The notes beneath the pieces are model-generated. The model was not told the origin of the DNA and ran no database searches. It was given only the letters and a program-made list of their open reading frames with translations. A stretch of 36,169 nt of DNA, taken from Alphaproteobacteria bacterium (lineage in GTDB: Bacteria; Pseudomonadota; Alphaproteobacteria; UBA7887). Position 1 is the stretch's first letter, and every line of letters starts with the position of its first letter. The stretch lies in contig JANQOH010000447.1 of NCBI GenBank assembly GCA_028289725.1, positions 1 through 36,169 on the forward strand, given 5' to 3'. Positions 29,391-36,169 of the stretch are shown here, one piece after another. Position numbers and translations under genes: made by a program.

Positions 29391-30140
29391 TCAACCACCA
29401 GATATGGGGGTGCCGTTGGCAAATTTGGCGACCAGCCGATCGCGTGCCGCCGGCAACTCTCGATCGTCACGATGAACGCCATGCCGGGCTAGAAAATGAC
29501 CCGTCAACTTAAGGCCGTCGAAAATCGCGGCCCGATCCACATCGCCGCTGGCAATCAAGAAACTCGGCAAACGAAGCAGTTTGTCTCGGTATGGCTCGCC
29601 CGCCGATGCAGACACCGCGCGCCCCGTTTTCGGCGACACCCAACAGAGATTGTCGGTATGCCCCGTCACCGCGCACACGCTCAAGTCCAAACCAAATCCC
29701 AATTCACGCAACACGCCGATTTCCCAAGCCACGTAGGCAGCCCCCCAATCGGTGGCGAGTCGGTCTGGCTCGGCGAGCGTGTCCAGAAACGCGACCAAGC
29801 CGTGAAAGATGGCGGCGTGCGGTTCGCGCTCGAGCAGCACCGCATCGACGACCGCGCAGGCCGAACTCAACGCCGCCAACCGGCTCGCATCATCAAACAC
29901 CGCCGCCGCACGCGCCCGGACAAGCTCAGCGGTGAAGGTTCCGAGTTGTGTGGCGAGCCGGGCACGCCAGCGGCACATCAATTCATTGCCCGGCTGATAG
30001 AGCCCGCGCACTTTGCGCGACGCGCCGCCGGGCACCAAACCCGCGTGCCGGCCGTGCGTCTCCGTCATGACGTGCAGGAGCACGGCGCTCTCACCATGCC
30101 GCTTTACGGATAGGACGATCGCGCTATCGCGCCATTCCAT
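29391..30140 (-). CDS. recO: DNA repair protein RecO
   Basis: MEWRDSAIVL...HGE, LGFGLDLSVCAVTG, VSPKTGRAVS; follows era. Confidence 0.95.
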   Translation of the reverse strand: MEWRDSAIVLSVKRHGESAVLLHVMTETHGRHAGLVPGGASRKVRGLYQPGNELMCRWRARLATQLGTFTAELVRARAAAVFDDASRLAALSSACAVVDAVLLEREPHAAIFHGLVAFLDTLAEPDRLATDWGAAYVAWEIGVLRELGFGLDLSVCAVTGHTDNLCWVSPKTGRAVSASAGEPYRDKLLRLPSFLIASGDVDRAAIFDGLKLTGHFLARHGVHRDDRELPAARDRLVAKFANGTPISGG

Positions 30141-30160
30141 CGACCAACCATTTCACCGGA

Positions 30161-31099
30161 TCAAACGTTGTAATCGAGGCCCAGATCACGGTAGCGCTCC
30201 GGGTCATCCTGCCAACCCTCGCGCACTTTGACGTGCAGGAAAAGATGCACGCGCCGGTCGAGCAAGGCCTCCAATTCGGTTCGGGCGGCACTGCCGATTG
30301 CTTTGATCCGCCGCCCGGCCTTGCCGAGGACGATCATTTTCTGGCTGTCGCGCCGGACATACACGATTTGGTCGATCCGCACGCTGCCGTCGTCCCGTTC
30401 CGTCCACGCTTCGGTTTCCACGGCGGCGGCGTAGGGTAGTTCCTGCGATAGCTGAAGAAACACCTTCTCCCGCGTGATCTCCGCCGCAAGGAGACGCAAT
30501 GGCATGTCGGCGCTCTGATCCTCGGGATACAACCATGGCCCTTCCGGCATGCAATCCACCAGGAAGGCGCGTAAAGCATCCACACCATCGCCGCTCAGCG
30601 CTGAAATCATGAACGTGTCGGAGAACAGATCTTTGCCATTTTCGAGCGTCTCTTTCGCGCACTGCGCGGTCAAGCCGAGCAAGGAGTCGCGTTTAACCAG
30701 GTCTATCTTATTGAGCGCCAAAACCGCTTGCCGATTGTCGTGCCGAAGGCGATCGATGATCAGCTGCGTGTCTTTGTCGATGCCGCGCCGCGCGTCCACC
30801 AGGACGACCACGCGATCCGCATCCTGTGCTCCGCCCCATGCCGCCGACACCATTGCGCGCTCCAACCGCTTCTTTGGCGCGAATACGCCGGGTGTATCGA
30901 TAAACACGATTTGCGCCGCCTCAGCCATCGCGATGCCGAGAACGCGGGAGCGTGTGGTCTGTACCTTTGGTGAGACGATCGATACCTTGGATCCCACCAT
31001 ACGGTTGAGCAGTGTCGATTTGCCGGCGTTCGGCGCGCCGAGAAGCGCCACGAATCCACAGCGCCTCGCGGCGCCGTCTTGGCTTTGCCGCTCACTCAT
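30161..31099 (-). CDS. era: GTPase Era
   Basis: GAPNAGKST, QTTR, DTPG, NKID, KH-domain region ELPY...LGKAG. Confidence 0.97.
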   Translation of the reverse strand: MSERQSQDGAARRCGFVALLGAPNAGKSTLLNRMVGSKVSIVSPKVQTTRSRVLGIAMAEAAQIVFIDTPGVFAPKKRLERAMVSAAWGGAQDADRVVVLVDARRGIDKDTQLIIDRLRHDNRQAVLALNKIDLVKRDSLLGLTAQCAKETLENGKDLFSDTFMISALSGDGVDALRAFLVDCMPEGPWLYPEDQSADMPLRLLAAEITREKVFLQLSQELPYAAAVETEAWTERDDGSVRIDQIVYVRRDSQKMIVLGKAGRRIKAIGSAARTELEALLDRRVHLFLHVKVREGWQDDPERYRDLGLDYNV

Positions 31100-31796
31100 C
31101 CGGCCGCTCCAAAGTCACAAGCAATCGCTGAGCCGCAATCCTTTCGGCTTCGCGCTTTCCGCTGCCTTCACCGTTCGCGGAACCACATCCAGGTATTTCG
31201 ACTGTGACTTTGAAGCGCGGTTTGTGGTCTGGACCTTCGCTTCCGAGATGTCGGTAAATGGGCAGACCGTGCCCGCGCGCTTGGCTCCATTCTTGAAGCG
31301 CCGTTTTCGGATCTGTCGGCGGTACAACTTGTCCGGAAAACAATGGCGCCCACTGTCGTTCGATAAAATCTTGGGCCGCCGCCATCCCGCGGTCCAAGTA
31401 GACCGCGCCGATTAGGGCCTCGCACGCATCGGCCAAATTTGCTGGGTTCTCTCTGCCGCCAATGGCTTCCTCGCCGGGCGCCAGCAATAGAAATCGCCCG
31501 AGATCGAGCGCCCGGGCGACCTCGGACAACGCCTCGGCGCTGACCAATGCCGCGAACCGCCGGGCCAATTCGCCCTCGTCCTCTGTAGGATGCGCATCGA
31601 ACAAGGCGCGTGCGACCACTAAACCGAGAACCCGGTCACCAAGCCATTCCAAACGTTGGTTATCGTCTCGCGCCCCAACGTGGCCGCCGGTCAGGCTCCT
31701 GTGCGTCAGCGCGCGCCGCAGAAGAGCCGGATTGGTACAGGATATTCCAAGTTTGGATTCGATCTCAGGCGCAGGCATTGCGCCCGGATCGGTCAC
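31092..31796 (-). CDS. rnc: ribonuclease III
   Basis: ALTHRS, NQRLEWLGD, ADACEALIGA, dsRBD DPKTALQE...GPDH. GTG at 31796 overlaps the lepB stop; alternative ATG at 31778. Confidence 0.95.
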   Translation of the reverse strand: MTDPGAMPAPEIESKLGISCTNPALLRRALTHRSLTGGHVGARDDNQRLEWLGDRVLGLVVARALFDAHPTEDEGELARRFAALVSAEALSEVARALDLGRFLLLAPGEEAIGGRENPANLADACEALIGAVYLDRGMAAAQDFIERQWAPLFSGQVVPPTDPKTALQEWSQARGHGLPIYRHLGSEGPDHKPRFKVTVEIPGCGSANGEGSGKREAERIAAQRLLVTLERPDE

Positions 31797-32593
31797 AGTA
31801 GGTTGCCGAAGCGCGAGAACCGCATGGCAAAGGGCCATTTCCAGACTTCCCACAGCTCGGCGCTGCCGTCGGTGGAGTAGAACAATATCTCGGCGCGACC
31901 GACCAAGTTTTCCTCGGGGACGAAGCCGACCTCGGACAACACACGGCTGTCCAGTGACCCATCCCGGTTGTCGCCCATGAAGAAGTAGTGCCGGTCCGGC
32001 ACGGTATAGACCTCGGTGTTGTCGAGCGGACGCCCATAACCTTGATCAATAATTTGGTGGCTGTTTCCGTTTGTGAACGTCTCCAAATAATGACGGGTCG
32101 GGACCGTGCCGCCAATCCGGTCGTCGTAGGGGTAAGGATCCAACTGCTCGAGCTCGACGGGTTCGTCGTTGATGTGCAGGACACCTGAGATCACTTGGAT
32201 GCGGTCGCCCGGCAACCCAACCAATCGTTTGATGTAATCGGTCTTGTTGTCTTTCGGCAGTTTGAAGACCACCACATCGCCGCGTTCGGGTTCGCTGCCC
32301 CAAACCCGCCCATCGAAATCCGGGTTGATGAACGGAAAGGAGTACTTGCTGTAGCCGTAAGAGAATTTTGAAACGAACAAATAGTCGCCCACCAAAAGGG
32401 TGGGAATCATGGATCCGGACGGGATGTGGAAGGGTTCATAGGCGAATGTTCTGACGATAATCGCCAAAATGATGGCGTACGCCACCGTCTTGAACGTTTC
32501 AAACCAACCCGCAAGCCAACTCTGTTCGTCGCGGCGGTTGGCCGATTTACCGGCCTTGCCACGCCCACCCGGCGTCGAACCATTTTGCGTCAA
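31793..32593 (-). CDS. lepB: signal peptidase I
   Basis: IPSGSMIPTL, DYIKRLVGLPGD, GDNRDGSLDSR. Likely TTG start at 32593 after GGGAG. Confidence 0.95.
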   Translation of the reverse strand: MTQNGSTPGGRGKAGKSANRRDEQSWLAGWFETFKTVAYAIILAIIVRTFAYEPFHIPSGSMIPTLLVGDYLFVSKFSYGYSKYSFPFINPDFDGRVWGSEPERGDVVVFKLPKDNKTDYIKRLVGLPGDRIQVISGVLHINDEPVELEQLDPYPYDDRIGGTVPTRHYLETFTNGNSHQIIDQGYGRPLDNTEVYTVPDRHYFFMGDNRDGSLDSRVLSEVGFVPEENLVGRAEILFYSTDGSAELWEVWKWPFAMRFSRFGNLL

Positions 32594-32703
32594 AACGGGC
32601 TCCCACTTGCCTATCCCCACAAAGTCGCGGCACTTTACGGCGCTCGTGCGCCGATGCAACGTGAATTATCCGCCCGGCGGCGTTCCTTGGCCAATGCGGC
32701 GGT

Positions 32704-33123
32704 CTAGGCGAGGCCCTGCCCCAAGGCTGCCGGGACCGCGGTTATCAGGACGATCGCATAGGCCAAGTCCCGATCATCGGTCAGCGATACATCGATCCGG
32801 GCCCACATGCCGGCGGGCGTGAGTTCGTTCAATCGCACCAGCGCGCCGCCGGTCAATTCAAGAGTCGGCTTACCGCCCGGCAAGTTCACGACACCAATTG
32901 TTTTCAGATGCACGCCGCGCCGAAAGCCGGTGCCGAGCGCTTTCGAACAGGCTTCCTTTGCGGCAAAGCGACGCGCATAGGAATCCGCCCGTTTTTCCCG
33001 CCGGTCGCATTTCGCTCGCTCGATATCCGTGAAGGCCCGCTGCGTAAAACGCTCGCCAAACCGTTCAAGCGTGCGCGCGATCCGCGTCGCGTCGCAAACA
33101 TCGTGGCCGATGCCGATAATCAC
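32704..33123 (-). CDS. acpS: holo-ACP synthase
   Basis: [30 protein letters not shown]. Confidence 0.95.
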   Translation of the reverse strand: MIIGIGHDVCDATRIARTLERFGERFTQRAFTDIERAKCDRREKRADSYARRFAAKEACSKALGTGFRRGVHLKTIGVVNLPGGKPTLELTGGALVRLNELTPAGMWARIDVSLTDDRDLAYAIVLITAVPAALGQGLA

Positions 33124-33875
33124 GCGCTGCGTTGGCCGCTGGCGTCGGCGCGCGCGTTATCCATCAAAGCCCGCATCCGGCGAATGCTGCTGTCAAGACC
33201 GCCGAAAATCGCTTCGCCGACCAAGAAATGACCGATGTTGAGTTCGGTCAGCTCCGGAATAGCCGCCACCGGCGCCACTGTATCGAAGCTGAGGCCGTGC
33301 CCGGCATGGCACTCGAGCGACCGGCCGACCGCTTCGGTCGCGGCGTCCTTAAGCCGCGCGAGCTGGCTATCGCGTCCGGCGTCCGAGACTTCGCAATAGG
33401 TTCCCGTGTGGAGCTCGACGCAATCGGCGCCAAGTGCCTCGGCCACCGCTACTTGCACGCGGTCGGGATCGATGAAGAGAGAGACCCGTATGCCGGCATC
33501 GCACAGGCGCCGAATGACCGGCGCGAGCAGATTGTGTTGGGCCGCCACATCGAGCCCACCTTCGGTGGTGAGTTCCGCCCGTTTCTCAGGCACCAGGCAA
33601 ACATGGTCCGGCTGGGTGGCCAGGGCGATCTCGATCATTTCCTCGGTCGCGGCCATCTCCAAATTCAACGGCAGCGCGATGTCCGATTTTAGTCGCCGGA
33701 TATCGTCATCGGAGATGTGACGCCGGTCTTCCCGCAAATGTGCGGTGATGCCGTCGGCACCGGATTCCGCGGCTAGGCGCGCCGCCCGTACGGGGTCGGG
33801 GTGAAGACCGCCGCGCGCGTTTCGAATGGTTGCCACATGATCAATGTTTACGCCCAGTCGCAGATAGCCAGTCAT
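33120..33875 (-). CDS. pdxJ: pyridoxine 5'-phosphate synthase
   Basis: [43 protein letters not shown]. Confidence 0.97.
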   Translation of the reverse strand: MTGYLRLGVNIDHVATIRNARGGLHPDPVRAARLAAESGADGITAHLREDRRHISDDDIRRLKSDIALPLNLEMAATEEMIEIALATQPDHVCLVPEKRAELTTEGGLDVAAQHNLLAPVIRRLCDAGIRVSLFIDPDRVQVAVAEALGADCVELHTGTYCEVSDAGRDSQLARLKDAATEAVGRSLECHAGHGLSFDTVAPVAAIPELTELNIGHFLVGEAIFGGLDSSIRRMRALMDNARADASGQRSA

Positions 33876-33881
33876 GGCCGC

Positions 33882-34481
33882 TCATCCTTGGTTCGATCGC
33901 CTTTCCAGCGGTGGTGCGGCGGCGACCTGACCGATTTGCTCGCTCATGCGCTTTTCAGCTCGGCGCCGAATCCGCGACAACCGCAGTTGCTGATAGCGCG
34001 CGACGGCGCGGCGAACAACCCAGAACGAAACAAACCAAGCGATTATGGCCATCGGTAGGCCACCGGCCATCATCGGTAAGAATACGGCCTCAGGATTATC
34101 CCGAATAAAGGCCATGGTGAGCCCGTCCGGCAGCGCTTCGCTCCCATTTGTGCCCAGGACCCAAGAACCGAGCCGGTAGCTCGCGATCCAGATAATGGGA
34201 AAAGTCCACGGATTGCCGACGACGGTGCCCAGCGCCGATGCGATCAAATTGCCGCCCATCAACCAAGCAGCCAATGTGGCCAAAAGGAAATGGGCTCCAA
34301 GCAGGGGCGTAAACGACACGGCCGCACCGCAGGCAAACCCTGCGGCAATGCTGTACGGCGACCCAGGCAACCGGCGCACGCGGTGGCCAAAATAGGCGCC
34401 AGCGCGACGCCACCCGGTGCGCGGCCAAAGAAAATGGCCAAATCGCGCTAGCTTGGGTCTGGGATCACGCCGTCGGAACAT
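33882..34481 (-). CDS. DUF2062-type membrane protein
   Basis: Start MFRRRDP at 34481; WPRTGWRRA, SPYSIAAGFACG, VGNPWTFP. Confidence 0.8.
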   Translation of the reverse strand: MFRRRDPRPKLARFGHFLWPRTGWRRAGAYFGHRVRRLPGSPYSIAAGFACGAAVSFTPLLGAHFLLATLAAWLMGGNLIASALGTVVGNPWTFPIIWIASYRLGSWVLGTNGSEALPDGLTMAFIRDNPEAVFLPMMAGGLPMAIIAWFVSFWVVRRAVARYQQLRLSRIRRRAEKRMSEQIGQVAAAPPLERRSNQG

Positions 34482-34497
34482 GCTCTTCTTGCCCGAC

Positions 34498-35103
34498 CTA
34501 TGCGATGTGCCGGCTGCCCGGCTTGACCGCTGGAATTTCCGCGAGTGCGGGCGGCAATTGGTCCGCCGGATAGGCCGGCGCCTCGATCGCAGCCAAGGAA
34601 ACCAGCCGAACGCCAAGATCCACCGTTCCATTGCTGCGGTCGATGAGCGAGGCTTCGCCCACCACCTCGGCGCCCAAGTCCGTCACGCAGGCAATGCACT
34701 CACGGCTCGATTTGCCCGTCGTCACCACATCTTCGACGACCAAGACGCGCGCGCCCTTCTCGATCTCGAAGCCGCGCCGCAGCGCGAAGGTCCCATCAAC
34801 GCGTTCGACGAAAACCGCGTCCAAGCCTAACTGGCGGCCCATTTCGTAACCAACCACGACACCGCCCATAGCGGGCGATACGACCAGGTCGATTTTGGTG
34901 TCGGTGAAACGGGCACGGACGGCGTTTGCGAGTGCTCGACAAAGTGTTTCGCCCCGCGCCGCGCTCATCATGACCCGCGCGCATTGGAGATAAACCGGGC
35001 TGTGTAGGCCCGACGTTAAAATGAAGTGGCCTTCGAGCAGCGCGCCCGCGGCGCGAAATTCATCAAGAACTTGGTCACGCGCCATCGCGCCGGTTTCAGC
35101 CAC
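34498..35103 (-). CDS. pyrE: orotate phosphoribosyltransferase
   Basis: [22 protein letters not shown] motif [18 protein letters not shown] end. Start 35103 (GTG) or 35085 (ATG). Confidence 0.96.
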   Translation of the reverse strand: MAETGAMARDQVLDEFRAAGALLEGHFILTSGLHSPVYLQCARVMMSAARGETLCRALANAVRARFTDTKIDLVVSPAMGGVVVGYEMGRQLGLDAVFVERVDGTFALRRGFEIEKGARVLVVEDVVTTGKSSRECIACVTDLGAEVVGEASLIDRSNGTVDLGVRLVSLAAIEAPAYPADQLPPALAEIPAVKPGSRHIA

Positions 35104-36169
35104 GCGCGCGTTCCACTTGATATATCGCTGGGTTGGCCCGTAAGGCGGCGACGATATTGGTCAAATGGCGGACGTCCTGCACTTCAACGTCAACGACCAA
35201 TTCAAAGAACTCCGGCGATCGATAATTGATCTTCAAATTAGTGATGTTGCCGCGGCTGCGCGCGATTACCTCCGTCAAGGCATTCAGGCTGCCAGGCACA
35301 TTGTCGATCACGGTTACGATCCGGCCGGTGTGAAGCTCTTGCGCCGCAATTTCGGTCTGCCACGAGACATCGAGCCATCTCTCTGGAACGCTTGAAAAGC
35401 TCTCCAAGACCTCGCAATCAATGGTGTGGACGGTCACGCCTTTGCCTTCCGTCACGAGACCCACGATGCGATCACCGGGCAGCGGGTAGCAGCATTCCGC
35501 CATATGCACCGCCATGCCAGGCGTCAGCCCCTTGATCGGCACAGCGCCGTCCGAGGCCCGGCTACGCGCCAGGGGCACGACCTTCTGCGCGTCGACGGCG
35601 AGGTCGGGCCTGACCGCGCCAAGAACACCGTCCGGATCGATTTCGCCCCGTCCCACCGCCGCATACAGTTCCGACGGTCGGCGATGGCCGTATTTTTCGA
35701 TGGCTGGTTTTACCTGCTGATCGCCGAACAATTGATTTCGATTGGCAAATGTTTTTTCCAAAATAGCGCGCCCGAGACCAGCATATTCGGCGGTCTCACT
35801 TTGGCGCACGAACCGCCTAATACGGGCCCGCGCCTTCCCGGTGACCACGAAGCTCTCCCAATTTGGATCCGGCGCCGGAACGCTGGAGCGGAGAATTTCA
35901 ACCTGGTCGCCGTTCTTCAAAATAGTGCGCAACGGGGCAAGTCGACCGTTAATCTTCACACCGACGCACGTATCGCCAATGTCGGAATGCACGGCATAGG
36001 CGAAATCGACCGCCGTCGCCCCGTTTGGCAGACTGATCAGCTCGCCTTTCGGCGTAAAGCAAAACGCCTGATCGGCGAACATTTCGAGCTTGGTATGTTC
36101 CAGAAACTCCTCGGGGCCCGAGGCGTGATCGAGAATATCCAGGAGATGCCGGAGCCAGCCATATTGCCG
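35096..36169 (-). CDS. rsh: RelA/SpoT homologue, C-terminal part (TGS, Cys-containing and ACT domains); 5' end outside window
   Basis: Open from the window edge ([10 protein letters not shown]...FLEHTKLEM), TGS motif FTPKG...[23 protein letters not shown]...HTIDC, terminal ACT domain. Confidence 0.96.
   Translation of the reverse strand, partial: RQYGWLRHLLDILDHASGPEEFLEHTKLEMFADQAFCFTPKGELISLPNGATAVDFAYAVHSDIGDTCVGVKINGRLAPLRTILKNGDQVEILRSSVPAPDPNWESFVVTGKARARIRRFVRQSETAEYAGLGRAILEKTFANRNQLFGDQQVKPAIEKYGHRRPSELYAAVGRGEIDPDGVLGAVRPDLAVDAQKVVPLARSRASDGAVPIKGLTPGMAVHMAECCYPLPGDRIVGLVTEGKGVTVHTIDCEVLESFSSVPERWLDVSWQTEIAAQELHTGRIVTVIDNVPGSLNALTEVIARSRGNITNLKINYRSPEFFELVVDVEVQDVRHLTNIVAALRANPAIYQVERARG

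Noticed and set aside
27134-36169. rsh-pyrE-DUF2062-pdxJ-acpS-lepB-rnc-era-recO-parC run
   Set aside because: Ordinary conserved alphaproteobacterial housekeeping synteny; no frameshifts or insertions noticed.

Overview
High-GC alphaproteobacterial (Rhodospirillales-like) chromosomal segment. No tRNA/rRNA, CRISPR array, transposase or phage gene was recognised. Left to right: a valine-catabolism trio (mmsB truncated at the edge, 3-hydroxyisobutyryl-CoA hydrolase, isobutyryl-CoA dehydrogenase), hemB, a 1-Cys peroxiredoxin, a YheT-type hydrolase divergent from a CoA-transferase/penicillin-acylase/threonine-deaminase operon, a c-type cytochrome, an SDR, chrA with a PuuB-like oxidoreductase, a thioesterase, an SLC13 permease, a Bpt/ATE transferase, three tandem Tat-exported TakP-type TRAP binding proteins facing a single dctQM pair, a TetR regulator with a small RHH-like ORF, and the housekeeping run rsh-pyrE-DUF2062-pdxJ-acpS-lepB-rnc-era-recO-parC. 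Best novelty candidate: a lower-GC two-gene cassette (21863-23382) inside the TRAP locus, encoding a divergent TauD-like Fe(II)/2-oxoglutarate oxygenase and an 8-Cys-cluster protein with a TYW3/Taw3-like SCxGH motif. Second candidate: the ~840-bp gap (25337-26175), which holds repeats, a sigma54-like promoter, an Arg-rich 30-aa ORF and a structured, terminator-ended RNA with anti-Shine-Dalgarno loops. All family calls are by eye from motifs; no searches were run.
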